Position numbers and translations under genes: made by a program. The notes beneath the pieces were generated by a model. That model saw only the letters and a program-made list of their open reading frames with translations, made no database searches and had not been told where the DNA came from. This document shows positions 1 through 10,812 of a stretch of 64,000 bases of DNA, one piece after another. The DNA lies in NCBI GenBank assembly GCA_000165345.1, contig CM000431.1:320001-384000 (forward strand), in the 5' to 3' direction. Position 1 is the first letter of the stretch, and every line of letters begins with the position of its first letter.

Positions 1-3000
1 TACTAAATAAGTCTCAAAAACTGTCTCAATTTTTGTACAGTTGTAACTATCAATAAGACAATCCAATGTTAAGAAGAAACAATCAAGAAGAGAAATAAGC
101 TTCTTTGGCTGTAATAATGCAACAATACTGTGAAAATCATAAATATCACAAAATAATATGGATACGGTACCTCTATCTTCGACATTCTCACTTGAAAATC
201 TTGGATTATTTTTCTGATCAATTAAAAGTCTTTCAACAATAAATGAAGGAAGCATCGTGTCAAGTATTTGTCTTTGTCTCTGTCTTAAGTCATTAGTATG
301 TGTTTCCAATAGAAATTGTGCTCTGTATAATAATTCTGATCGATATCCAAGAAATCCACAAAATGTATTAATACCAAGTAATATTGGTAAATACCTTATC
401 CAATAGGAGCTTGGCATATTCCAAATAAATTGACCAATTACAACACTTAGAAAACCAATAATTGTTACATAAACCCCAGGAATAAACCCAAGCCTAAAAA
501 TAATAAAGGATATAATTGGAAATATAACTGCTAAAGCAAACCCATGACTTGAAGTTAATATTGAAGATACTGAGATCATTACTAATAATGGAAGCTGAGA
601 TCTTAAACTTAGTTTATTCTTACCATAAGTATAACTCAAAACAAAGTTCATAAAGATTGCTAAACAAAAAATGACTGAAAGTATTCCAACCCAACTGTAG
701 TCTGTGTTTGAAACATTGACAGAAAAAGGACCCAATGTTAAAAAGATTCCAGAAATTACACATAAAACTGCTCTCAAAGCATTTCTATGTTCATATGCTT
801 CAATTTGTCTTTCAATCTGGTATTCCAACTCTAATTGATTCACCTTAAATGTTAATTTAAATGGATTTAAAAGTGCTTTAACATCTTCAGAAAACGTTGA
901 AATTCTTCCATAATTTGAAGAGCTACCAGTTAAATTAATATTTAAATCAACTGTTGAAGGCTCTTGAGTTCTAGAATTTACATTAGAGCTATTATTTGTA
1001 ATTGGAGACACTGAAGTCACTGTATTTGAAAATCCATCAAGATTTTTCCCATATCTTGTATTTTGAGCCGTTGATCTCTCATTAGATATCATATCAATAT
1101 TATTGCTAAAAGCTGACTTTCTAAGTGCTCTGGAATAATTAGAATCATTATTTTGTATTCCCACTAATCCCACTCTATTATCTGCCAAAAATAATGCATA
1201 ATCTAATAAAAAACTATTATATTCCTCCAATTCTCTTGAAGAAAACTTTCTCAAGCTCTGTGCAAACTGTAAAGATCGTATTCCTTTTGCTCTCCATTTC
1301 TTTGTAATTGGGGCCACGCTTTGCATGTAAATTTGCTTAGGGCTCCAAACTATATTTGCATGGAAAATTACCCGCCTTTTCCAGTCCTCAAATGACCAAT
1401 CTTGCCCAGAAACTCGATTATCACCAAAGTAGTTCATTTCAATGGGTCTAAAAAATTTCATGAGCTTTTTGTATGATAAACTTCCTGCGGAAACATTTCG
1501 CATTTGGTTTTGAATATTGATTTCATTATTCATAGTTTCACTATGTAAATCTCTCAAAGGTAATTGATTATTGTTACTATTAATAGAATTTGATGAGACG
1601 ATGATCTGTGGTTGTAAATTTAATTCGATCATATGATGATGGCATTCATTAATTTCTTTCTTTTCTACGGATGTCAAGTTATTAATAGAATTCGATTGAT
1701 CATCTTCTTCCTTATTAGAAATTTGTCTTATATTTTTTTTGTTCTTCAGCTTCCAAATAAAGTATTTCTGATATTGGGATACAATCAAATTTGTTAGAGT
1801 TGGAATCTTTAGAGATTCAAATAATATGGGATTCATATATTCATCTTGATGATCAATTCCAAGTTGTAGATGAATTTTAATCATTATCCACTCATACCAA
1901 AATGATATTCTTATTAACGAAAAAATGCTACTTACAAAACATGCAGGTTTCATCTTCTTGAAAGAATTCTTCATTTTAAGAATGATTGGACTCTTAAGCA
2001 CTCTTGAGCTTTGGCTGATGTGGATTAACCACCAATCTTTAACACAAGTTGCGGGATCAGGAATAATGTGATGAATAATAATCTTGAAAATCAAGTTATA
2101 AAGTACCACGTAAGATATGAATAGCGGAATAGAAAGGAAGAATATGTAAGAATGTTGTGCGTATAGTGCATAAAGGCGAAAGGTGAAGTCAGAATTATGT
2201 TTTTTGATTGAAAGAAGTAAAGTGATGAGTAATATGGAACAAAGCTTGAAAAGAGTCGTTACCAACATGGATGTTGAAAATGATTTGATCTTAATTAAAA
2301 ATGAAAATAGGGATCCCATAATACAGTAAATAGTCAAAGATGCAGACAATGTGGAAATATCTGGGGAAATTCCATTTTTATACGGAGAAGTTGAACACAT
2401 TATTACTGATAGGTAAAAAGATATGATTCCCAATACAAATGATTCCATAAATACACTAAAATAATTAATCCAGTGTGAGTAATAGCCAGATCTTGAAGAG
2501 TTGTATAAATATGGTAAATCCAAAAGGTACTTTGGAACATCTACTCCATATATTCCATAGAATACAGGAAGCAGTACTGTCCAAAAGATAATATATAAAC
2601 TTACAATATCGAGTAATTGTAATAAAGTCCAAGACCATTCACAATAGAACTGGAATAATAAATTTGGGATGATTAAAAGGAAGAGCTTGAATATGTTATT
2701 GAATATGGCTAAAGATATTCTGTAATATGTGAGTCTTCCAGCTCTTGATAATAGAGGAATTATTTGATGAAATTTACGTACTGATACATCAGTAACAGGG
2801 TTGATTACAAAATTATCATCAGAATTCTTAAAGATATCTTGGATAGTATAATTATGTACAGAGATTGTGGATTTCTTCTTCAATTTGCTGTTTTCCACCT
2901 TTTCGGACAATGCTTCACTTGTGAAATAAGAATCCTTTTCGGTACTATTATCTAAATTCCTGCTACTAGAAATTGTTAGTGAGTTATCTTCTTCCTTAAA

Positions 3001-6000
3001 GTTATTCAGTAGATAATTATTGGTGGTATCTGAAATTTTAATGGATTTATTGTTTTTCTTGATCAATCTCCAAACTTTAAAAATTTTCCCTAATCTATAT
3101 AACCTTACTTTATCATTATTTTTATCTTTCACACTTTTTGAATCATAATCACCATTAATCTTTTTATCTTTATCACTAATATCATTTGATAAAGAAACTG
3201 AAACAGAAATGTCACAAGATGATAGGACTGGGACATTACCTGTAATTCCTGAGATTCCAAGTATTAAAGGTCTTGGTGAAATATTATTCTTTAAATAATT
3301 CGAAATTGTATTTATATCAGAAGTAGTTGAGTCACTAACAACAACAAAAGGTGATATTAAAGCCACTGAGAAGAAGTAGTTGAGTAAGTCTCTAGATTCA
3401 AATATTTCATTAAGTTGTAAAGCTGAAAATACGATACCTGGAAGTGAATTAAGAATTCCATGTCCTGATATAGATCCTCCCCATCCAAGCCAGTCCTCAT
3501 TAATGTTGCAAAAGTTATTTCTACTTCCACTATTCTCTAAATGATCTGTTATAGAATTTTCTGTCATAACAGATTCCAGTTGAGAAAGTTGTATTTCTCC
3601 GTTTAGGCTGGAAATTGTGATCAAAGCTTTCAAAAGCTCAATATTGGAGATCTTTTTATTTTCGAAAAAATCATTCCCACTTTCTTCAAATTCACTACAA
3701 ACATCTTCATTAACTGGTTTCTCACCGAATTTAGATGAATTCTCCATTTTAATCATTTTTTCTGCAACTAAGTAAAATTTATCAATAACTCTATAATTGT
3801 TATTCATGATAATCTTCAGTTCATTATACACTGACGATAGGAATGACATAGCTTTGTTTTTGTTCTTCAATGGAAGTCTATCCAATCTGATTAAGGGGAT
3901 TTTGTCATAATTTGGGAAGATTTTATGCATCAGTCTAATGGAATTCACTGATGAGACGCTAAAGAGAAACCAAGGTTTAATCCCATAGTCCAAAATGGTC
4001 CTGATTGACTTTGGTACTTTGTTTTGAATTCTGTACTCTATTCCAACATGACCTAAATATTCTAATTTAGTCTTGAGTTTCTGGAAATAGTCATCAGCAG
4101 AAGAATCCAACAAGAATCTAAATCCGTTATTATGTTCACTTAGCTTGTGTCTCAAGCTCATTTTCGCTAATTCATTCTCAGATATGGTTTTCTTTGCGAA
4201 TATAAATACTTTATATCCTTGACATTGTAACTTTCTGATCTTGAGAATAAGATCCTCATAATTTTGACTAGCCATATTGATAGTGTTATTATTATTATTC
4301 TTGGAAGCTTCGAGATCAGTGCACTGAGAAGTTGCAGAATTGTGACCTTGAGGTCTTATTAGAGAGGGATTTAATAGTGGAAGAATATGTTCCGCCACTC
4401 CTCTTACATACAAAGTTGCATCCTTATTCTGAAAGAACTTAACAATCATGGAAATTTCTTGTTTCGACTTGTCCTCACTTTTGTATATCAAAGACGAAAA
4501 CACTGTTCTTCCTAGACTCTCAACAACAACATATTGGGAATTCACTAAAACCAGCCTCATACCACATGATGCTGCTGTATGTACTATAGTCAAATCATGT
4601 TCATCTATACCGGAGTATTTGACATAAGATCTCGGAAAATTCTCATAATAATTGCAAATCTTCTCTTCTCTACTTTTTATTCTATATGAGAAGCTCAAGT
4701 TCCTCATCCTCTTTCCAAGGTTCTTCCAACATTTATTATTAAACATGTTTTCAGCATTTTCGCTATCACTTTCAAAAAATTGGTCTTCATCTCGGCTGCT
4801 CTTTCGTAGTTCTTCTCCAAATTGAGAAGCATTAAAGTAGTAGTTCAAGTAATATTTGGTGAGTAGAATCTCTTTGGCATGACTATTAAGGCATCCAACT
4901 CTCCTTTGTTTATGTAGCTTCTCGTAATTTGTATTGTATCTATGGGTAATTCTGATACTTCTTCCATCATTTGAGCGCTTAGAAGTTTTAGCGTTGCTTT
5001 TATTACCATTTAAGAACTTTCCAAATAAACGGCTATCATTTGAAGAAAGGACTCTGCTTGAAGAAGATCTATTGAGAAAGTCTGAGCTCATGCTTTCACC
5101 CATACTCATTGATTTTGATGCAATATATAGCCTCCTTTCACTATTAATCGTGGGAGATCTGGAAACATTTAAGGACTTACTTACAGCTTTTGTTTTTTTT
5201 TTGGTAAAAAATGGTATTTTCAAATCATTCTTGAGACGATTATTTGGGTCCTTATCGTGATTAATTTTGGCTTCGCTGCTATTATTACTTAAATTACTGT
5301 TTGCATGTCCGTTAAATGGAAAGATTGACTTATTCATGATTTCATGTGGAATATCGTGATAGTAATTGATTCTCTTTCCACTTGTGATTCTATCTTTCTT
5401 AAGCCCTTTCATTCCACCTACTTTAGGATGAGGTTCTAAGGTCTCATTAGAACTTGAAAAATTATTTTCAGAGATATTTCTTTTCATTCCCGGTACTCTA
5501 TTTTGTTTGATTAACCTCAAATGGGGTACTGTCGAGTTACAAATTGCCATTGCATATAACATATCAATTAAGATGGAGCTTTTCCTGCTAGAATATTCAC
5601 TTTCCTCGCTGATAAGAGATAGTGAACGGTCTGTTTCTTGATTTAAAGAGCTGATTCTTTTCAATTTTGCATTTTTGTCTTCTTTTTCGCCTTTAAAGCA
5701 GGTAGAAAGAGAGTAATCAATAGATTCCATCAGTAGATTTTTTACTAACATTGAGTATTCATTTGGTATTTTATATTTTCTACCGGTATTCCAACCATAA
5801 AAATTTTTTGTAAGTTTGACAATATTATTAAAGAGCAAGTAAAGTATTTCTTCGTTATCCTCTTTATTAATCTGAATCTTTCTTGTGTCGAAGACTTGAT
5901 AATCCTTTCTTCCTTGGTTTCGATGATGATCAATTCCCGAGTTTAGTGGCTCCTCCTGCTGATAATTTGCTTGGCCATTAAAAGATCCAGAATCCTTTAA

Positions 6001-8205
6001 AACCACTCTTTGCCTCTGATTGGACAAGATAATATGATTTAAAAGCTGTATTATTCTCTTTGGAAACAAATGAATGGGTAGAGCTGGATGAAAGTGATGA
6101 TCACAATCAGTGTTAATTTTCGATTTTGAAGCAGATTCTAGATCTAAATCCATTTCTACACTTACTGAAGTTATGCTGGAAAGATCGTTAATACTTTTAA
6201 CTGATGTTTGCCTATTACTTTGTTGACTATTTAGCTTAATATTTGGCAATGGTGGCCAAATATCCCTGGGTTCAACTTTAATAGGATCTGGAGGCAAATC
6301 TATTAGAGCATTCTTAAGGCCTTTTATTTGGAATAAAAGCTTTGTATAGTAATTCCTTATTTTTTTCTTATTGTTCTGGATGTCAAAGTTTGAAGTTTTT
6401 CCTCTTCTTCCAAATGAATTCTTGTCAGATTTAAAGTTTTTATCTTTGTTTTTAATCACATTAAGCTTAGAGATTGCTAATAATACACTGAAATAGTGAA
6501 ATAATTCTAACTTGTTTGGAGGAATTAATCCAAAATTAGTCATTGAGATTCTTCTTCCGGGTCTGATTACCTTTATAGAGCCTTTTGAGAATCTGGAGGA
6601 TTCATTACTCTGCCAAGAAACAGAATTATGTTTCCAAAGCAGTCCTGAAATAATGGAGAATTTTGGGCATGCAGTAATTTTTTGAGTTTTTTTGAACATG
6701 TATTCCTGACCATTATTCAAGCTGATAATCTTTAGCCTCATTGGTTGAGTCTCCATAATTGAGTTCTGATGGATCAAAGAAATATCTACTGCTCCAAAAG
6801 AGTCTAAAAAGTCGCATTTATTGAACGTAATATCCAAAGGTTTTGAACTAGACTTATCAATATGATTCTGTTGTAATTTAAGCTTCAAATCATTATAGCT
6901 TGAGTTTTTCGAATCTGGATTATTCTTATCTTGAATATCATCAAAAACCTGTATGAAATTTGGCTCTTTAGAAATACAAGAATTTAACCTTAAATAAGTT
7001 AATAGGGACTGATTATAAATCTCATCAGTATAGTCAGTAGTTAAGGCCTTATTTCTTGAAAACCTAAAAATTCCAACGATTCTGATGATGTCAGTTATAG
7101 CTGTAAGAGTAATTGGGACAAAAAAGTTAAAAAAAGCTGCAAATTCCGCAATTGTAAGCCATCTTTCTCTTTGAACTTTGCCTTTCACTTCTAATAAGGA
7201 TATGAACTTGTTAATATAAGTCTCAAAGTTGGAGTCCTTGTTTGTGAATATGTTAATCCCTAAGCAGGAAACTATCAAAAACATGAAAATACAGATCTGT
7301 GAAACTATTTTCTCAAGCCTTGTTGCTGGATTGTATCTGTTTCTATTTTCCAATGCTGAATGTTGCCTTATTGCTATTTTTGTATCAGTGCCTGCATAAA
7401 CAACAATACCCAATACCCAATTTGCAAATCTTAGCCTTGAAAACATTAATGCAAAATTTTCAATAGTTAGTGCTTTAGCTCTAGGTTTTCCTTCCCACTT
7501 TAGTGAACCTTCGAAATGATTAATATCCCCAGAAGGAACATCACATGTGATACGAGCTGGGAAAAGAATGAAGTCCTTTATTGCCCTTTCTAAATCCGTT
7601 TGGGTCCCAACAGGCTCACATGTCCTAACTAATCTTGAGCCATCAACCATTTCAGAAGAAATATAAGCTTTCTTACCACTGGAATGAAGGACTACCACAT
7701 CAGCTGGGAATTGTTCGCCATCCAAAACACAAACAATATCACCTACTTTGAGATTTCTCCATTTAGAAACCGCAAACTCCATCTTATCTTTATCGAAAAC
7801 TATGCAATACCTGCTATTTATTTTATAATCTTGAAACCTTATTTTTGCATATATGTAAATATCCATAATAAATGGTGGAAGAATGGCAAAAATTAATACA
7901 AAGCCCAAAATTATCCATTTAAAATACTGATTTTTTTGTTTTGTGAAAAATGAAATTAAAATGGACAAAAAAGAGATTGCGATAGGAAACCTTTTGCTTC
8001 TTGTCCAAAGAGAAACAAATACAAACTGGAGTAGATTATATTTACATCCTGAATATTTATTTGATGGATATTTATTAGCACCTTTAACTTCTCCTGACAA
8101 GTTTAATATAATTTTTCTTGAGATCCAAACAGGTTTCTTGTTTATTCCATTAATATTTTCATCTTCAGTTGCTACAATAATTGATTTCCCAAATGATTCT
8201 GTCAT
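1..8205 (-). CDS. GC: Guanylate cyclase with N-terminal P4-type ATPase-like domain (apicomplexan GC). This is the 5' part of the gene (2735 codons) with the ATG at 8205-8203. The ORF is open to position 1 and the C-terminus with the second cyclase domain lies beyond the window start.
   Basis: The minus-strand frame is continuous from the ATG at 8205 (an in-frame TAG lies 14 codons upstream) to position 1; the supplied ORF track shows no competing minus ORF of 60 aa or more. The N-terminal translation carries P4-ATPase-like motifs (RFANWVLGIVVYAGTDTKIAIRQ). The region around 100-400 translates to a class III cyclase catalytic core (RGTVSILFCDIYDFHSIV...KIETVFETYLV), preceded by a polytopic hydrophobic block. 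A P4-ATPase to 6TM-cyclase fusion is the hallmark of apicomplexan and ciliate GCs. Confidence 0.85.
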   Translation of the reverse strand, partial: MTESFGKSIIVATEDENINGINKKPVWISRKIILNLSGEVKGANKYPSNKYSGCKYNLLQFVFVSLWTRSKRFPIAISFLSILISFFTKQKNQYFKWIILGFVLIFAILPPFIMDIYIYAKIRFQDYKINSRYCIVFDKDKMEFAVSKWRNLKVGDIVCVLDGEQFPADVVVLHSSGKKAYISSEMVDGSRLVRTCEPVGTQTDLERAIKDFILFPARITCDVPSGDINHFEGSLKWEGKPRAKALTIENFALMFSRLRFANWVLGIVVYAGTDTKIAIRQHSALENRNRYNPATRLEKIVSQICIFMFLIVSCLGINIFTNKDSNFETYINKFISLLEVKGKVQRERWLTIAEFAAFFNFFVPITLTAITDIIRIVGIFRFSRNKALTTDYTDEIYNQSLLTYLRLNSCISKEPNFIQVFDDIQDKNNPDSKNSSYNDLKLKLQQNHIDKSSSKPLDITFNKCDFLDSFGAVDISLIHQNSIMETQPMRLKIISLNNGQEYMFKKTQKITACPKFSIISGLLWKHNSVSWQSNESSRFSKGSIKVIRPGRRISMTNFGLIPPNKLELFHYFSVLLAISKLNVIKNKDKNFKSDKNSFGRRGKTSNFDIQNNKKKIRNYYTKLLFQIKGLKNALIDLPPDPIKVEPRDIWPPLPNIKLNSQQSNRQTSVKSINDLSSITSVSVEMDLDLESASKSKINTDCDHHFHPALPIHLFPKRIIQLLNHIILSNQRQRVVLKDSGSFNGQANYQQEEPLNSGIDHHRNQGRKDYQVFDTRKIQINKEDNEEILYLLFNNIVKLTKNFYGWNTGRKYKIPNEYSMLVKNLLMESIDYSLSTCFKGEKEDKNAKLKRISSLNQETDRSLSLISEESEYSSRKSSILIDMLYAMAICNSTVPHLRLIKQNRVPGMKRNISENNFSSSNETLEPHPKVGGMKGLKKDRITSGKRINYYHDIPHEIMNKSIFPFNGHANSNLSNNSSEAKINHDKDPNNRLKNDLKIPFFTKKKTKAVSKSLNVSRSPTINSERRLYIASKSMSMGESMSSDFLNRSSSSRVLSSNDSRLFGKFLNGNKSNAKTSKRSNDGRSIRITHRYNTNYEKLHKQRRVGCLNSHAKEILLTKYYLNYYFNASQFGEELRKSSRDEDQFFESDSENAENMFNNKCWKNLGKRMRNLSFSYRIKSREEKICNYYENFPRSYVKYSGIDEHDLTIVHTAASCGMRLVLVNSQYVVVESLGRTVFSSLIYKSEDKSKQEISMIVKFFQNKDATLYVRGVAEHILPLLNPSLIRPQGHNSATSQCTDLEASKNNNNNTINMASQNYEDLILKIRKLQCQGYKVFIFAKKTISENELAKMSLRHKLSEHNNGFRFLLDSSADDYFQKLKTKLEYLGHVGIEYRIQNKVPKSIRTILDYGIKPWFLFSVSSVNSIRLMHKIFPNYDKIPLIRLDRLPLKNKNKAMSFLSSVYNELKIIMNNNYRVIDKFYLVAEKMIKMENSSKFGEKPVNEDVCSEFEESGNDFFENKKISNIELLKALITISSLNGEIQLSQLESVMTENSITDHLENSGSRNNFCNINEDWLGWGGSISGHGILNSLPGIVFSALQLNEIFESRDLLNYFFSVALISPFVVVSDSTTSDINTISNYLKNNISPRPLILGISGITGNVPVLSSCDISVSVSLSNDISDKDKKINGDYDSKSVKDKNNDKVRLYRLGKIFKVWRLIKKNNKSIKISDTTNNYLLNNFKEEDNSLTISSSRNLDNSTEKDSYFTSEALSEKVENSKLKKKSTISVHNYTIQDIFKNSDDNFVINPVTDVSVRKFHQIIPLLSRAGRLTYYRISLAIFNNIFKLFLLIIPNLLFQFYCEWSWTLLQLLDIVSLYIIFWTVLLPVFYGIYGVDVPKYLLDLPYLYNSSRSGYYSHWINYFSVFMESFVLGIISFYLSVIMCSTSPYKNGISPDISTLSASLTIYCIMGSLFSFLIKIKSFSTSMLVTTLFKLCSILLITLLLSIKKHNSDFTFRLYALYAQHSYIFFLSIPLFISYVVLYNLIFKIIIHHIIPDPATCVKDWWLIHISQSSRVLKSPIILKMKNSFKKMKPACFVSSIFSLIRISFWYEWIMIKIHLQLGIDHQDEYMNPILFESLKIPTLTNLIVSQYQKYFIWKLKNKKNIRQISNKEEDDQSNSINNLTSVEKKEINECHHHMIELNLQPQIIVSSNSINSNNNQLPLRDLHSETMNNEINIQNQMRNVSAGSLSYKKLMKFFRPIEMNYFGDNRVSGQDWSFEDWKRRVIFHANIVWSPKQIYMQSVAPITKKWRAKGIRSLQFAQSLRKFSSRELEEYNSFLLDYALFLADNRVGLVGIQNNDSNYSRALRKSAFSNNIDMISNERSTAQNTRYGKNLDGFSNTVTSVSPITNNSSNVNSRTQEPSTVDLNINLTGSSSNYGRISTFSEDVKALLNPFKLTFKVNQLELEYQIERQIEAYEHRNALRAVLCVISGIFLTLGPFSVNVSNTDYSWVGILSVIFCLAIFMNFVLSYTYGKNKLSLRSQLPLLVMISVSSILTSSHGFALAVIFPIISFIIFRLGFIPGVYVTIIGFLSVVIGQFIWNMPSSYWIRYLPILLGINTFCGFLGYRSELLYRAQFLLETHTNDLRQRQRQILDTMLPSFIVERLLIDQKNNPRFSSENVEDRGTVSILFCDIYDFHSIVALLQPKKLISLLDCFFLTLDCLIDSYNCTKIETVFETYLV

Positions 8206-8781
8206 TTTCTTTCTTTTAGAGAAAGTCAGAAGAACAAAATCTGACTACTTAGTAATCTTGAGTAGTTTTTTTTCACACTTGTTGAGTGCATTTAACTTGG
8301 TTAATCTTAATCTCCATTTATAAATCTTTACTTAAAAATTTTAGTATGAATAACTTAAATTTTAATTGAAAGCATATATCAAAAAATTTAAATCCTAAAT
8401 TACTTTATTTAATTTTTCCAAGTTAGGATTAATTTCCCATATAAATGTTTATTCTTTTTAGTCTTAATTCTAGAACCTATGGTGATTTATTGGAAAATTC
8501 AGAATATTGGGAATAATTTCTCCTCTTTAATATAATGTCAAAAAATATGCCTTTTCTTAGATAATAATAAGTTTGTTATTTTATTATTATTATTATTAAT
8601 ATTATTATATTTATTACGTAATTTATTAATAGTTAAATTTATATACCGGCATAATTTATGCACACGTTGCCAGCGCATGATGTGGGGAAAATGATTGAAC
8701 ACCGGTATAGGGGGAAAATAAAAAAAAAATGAATTTTAATGTTAAAATTAAGATTTTTTTTTTCTAAAAAAAAGAAACAAA

Positions 8782-10455
8782 CTAATACTTTCTCTTTATT
8801 AAATTGATCAGAGAACGTTGAACTTTAAGCAATATCTGGTCAACAAGTTGATTATTAGTCCTATTTTGCTCTAATTGCTGAATTAATTGACTTATTGAAT
8901 AATTTGACACGTCATTTTGTGAATTAAAATTATTATTATAAGTGGAGAGGACATATTGAGCAATACTGAGAATATTTTGGGCAGGTTTGACGAAGAAATC
9001 TGACCCAGACAATTTTGGTTGAATAAAATCATTTTTATTAAATCCTTGATTTTGACTCTGTATTGCATTTAAAAGCTTATGATTTGATCTAGACAGGCCA
9101 ATCCACTTATAACTTAGTGGAAGCATATGTTTTTGGGTTGCTCGAATGATATCATATTGGAAGGAAGAAGCAGGATCGAGCTTTTCCCATTGCTTTGAAC
9201 AGTCAGCATCAGTTCTTCCAATGACAAAATTTTTTATAAGACTCCAGTTACCAGGACCAAATCTATTAACGGCTAGAATGAGCATTTTATTTTCCTCTTC
9301 ACTCCACTTTCCTTTCTTTATATCTGGTAGTAACATGTTCATATATCTTTCTCTGCATTTTGAATCACTTCTTCCTTTAATATGTCTTGATATTTTGATC
9401 CACGAGTTATTTCCATATATGAAGTAGGCAAATTGAAGTCTAACATCTTCATATAATGACCATGATCCATGTTTTAAGTCTTTTTTTAAACTCCTAACAT
9501 ATCTTGTTCTGCATTGTTGATTAGTTCTGCCTGGAAGAAGATTTGCAACAAAATTCCATTTACTTGTGCTTCTCTTATTTAATTCAATAAGATCAAACCC
9601 TCCAAGAGATTCAACAGCAGATAATAATTTCTCATCCTCTTGCTTAGTCCATGAACTCTTAATCAAATTTTTATTTAAACTTCTTTGATATCTTAGAATA
9701 CACTGATAAGGAGTTCTGCCACTATTTAATTCTTGTGCAATTTTAAACCAATTAAAACCCTCATTTTCTGAAACTAGAGCTAAAAGACGTAAATCTTCAG
9801 CTTTTTCCCATGGTTTTCTGTTAATATTTGGATCAATAAAATGATACCAAGTAATCTGGCAGTCCCTTCCAGTTCTTTCACATCTATTTCCCAAATCTAA
9901 AGCAATTAGGTTCCAAAATTCTGTCCAGTATTCATCAATATTAAAATTAGAATCTTTCTGTGATAGATTGAGTAATAACTTATTTAACTCCATCATTTTA
10001 CTTGAAACATCTTCATCAAAGTTATCTTGTGAATCTTGGATATTAAATCTAAAATGATCGGTTCCAAGTTTTACTTTAATTTCCAATATTGATTTGAATA
10101 AGTGAACTTTGACCAATTTTTCAAGCTTTTTAATTTCATTAGGAAGCCAAATATTGTTGTTCCATTCATATTTTTTTCTGAAATTTGGTAAATTTCTCCT
10201 TAAATTGTTCTTTTTAATTGTATCAATATTACTTAGGGGAAGATTTCCTTCATTATCTACAAGTCTTGTCATTATTTTATATCTTCCTCGGTTATGTTTT
10301 TGCCTTTCTAATTTCTTTGTAATTTCATCATAATTTATTACTAAATCTTTTTGCCACAAGTATATTTCATCTTTGAATAAGATATCTATATAATCTAACT
10401 CTCTTTCATCAATCTTTTTTATAGAGTCTAGTGCTTTCATATATAATTTGTCCAT
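8782..10455 (-). CDS. Myb/SANT-repeat DNA-binding protein with 4-5 tandem Myb repeats, possibly SNAPc4/SNAP190-like
   Basis: 557-aa ORF. The C-terminal half holds repeated W-x(18-22)-W-x(18-22)-W/Y units (WTKQEDEKLLSAV...WNFVANLLPGRTNQQCRTRY; WSEEENKMLILAVNRFGPGNWSLIKNFVIGRTDADCSKQW) typical of Myb repeats. The SNAPc4 assignment rests only on the repeat count. Confidence 0.6.
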   Translation of the reverse strand: MDKLYMKALDSIKKIDERELDYIDILFKDEIYLWQKDLVINYDEITKKLERQKHNRGRYKIMTRLVDNEGNLPLSNIDTIKKNNLRRNLPNFRKKYEWNNNIWLPNEIKKLEKLVKVHLFKSILEIKVKLGTDHFRFNIQDSQDNFDEDVSSKMMELNKLLLNLSQKDSNFNIDEYWTEFWNLIALDLGNRCERTGRDCQITWYHFIDPNINRKPWEKAEDLRLLALVSENEGFNWFKIAQELNSGRTPYQCILRYQRSLNKNLIKSSWTKQEDEKLLSAVESLGGFDLIELNKRSTSKWNFVANLLPGRTNQQCRTRYVRSLKKDLKHGSWSLYEDVRLQFAYFIYGNNSWIKISRHIKGRSDSKCRERYMNMLLPDIKKGKWSEEENKMLILAVNRFGPGNWSLIKNFVIGRTDADCSKQWEKLDPASSFQYDIIRATQKHMLPLSYKWIGLSRSNHKLLNAIQSQNQGFNKNDFIQPKLSGSDFFVKPAQNILSIAQYVLSTYNNNFNSQNDVSNYSISQLIQQLEQNRTNNQLVDQILLKVQRSLINLIKRKY

Positions 10456-10715
10456 ATTTACTTTGTTAGTACTCTCAACATTTATTTATTATGATATTTT
10501 TATACCTAATATGTTTGAATGTAAATTGTCAAATTCAATTTTGAGATCAAAAGTCTCGAAAATACATGATTTCCTAATTTCTATTCCATATGTTTAATCA
10601 AAAAACCAATTATTATCATTTATTCTCTATTTGTTTCTTTTTTCTTTATTTTTATTTCTACGATATTTTCTTTTATGAGTCAATTTCTACTATTATGATG
10701 AAAAAAAAAATCTAT

Positions 10716-10727
10716 TTTGGCGCCAGG
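10716..10727. promoter_or_regulatory. E2F-like GGCGCC core (TTTTGGCGCCAG) about 260 bp upstream of the Myb-repeat gene ATG
   Basis: GC-rich hexamer palindrome in an otherwise AT-rich intergenic spacer. It matches the TTTGGCGCCAAA class over-represented upstream of Cryptosporidium genes. Confidence 0.45.
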
Positions 10728-10812
10728 ATGCACTTTAATGCTACATGTAGTTAATTAGATATACTTATTGAAATAATAAAATTAATAAACCATTAACCAT
10801 ACAGAGTTTTAG

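Noticed and set aside
3218-3238. Plus-strand DDRTGTL, which resembles the P-type ATPase phosphorylation motif DKTGTLT
   Set aside because: It is on the opposite strand to the P4-ATPase/GC gene and is not within any plus-strand ORF of 60 aa or more. The minus-strand gene frame reads through this region coherently (..GNVPVLSSCDISVSVS..), so the match is coincidental.
4934-10333. Plus-strand ORFs 4934..5260, 7684..7896, 7943..8323, 9146..9427 and 10109..10333 from the ORF track
   Set aside because: They lie antisense to and entirely within the much longer minus-strand GC and Myb genes, they have low-complexity AT-codon composition, and they lack any motif. These are antisense artefacts of AT-rich coding sequence.
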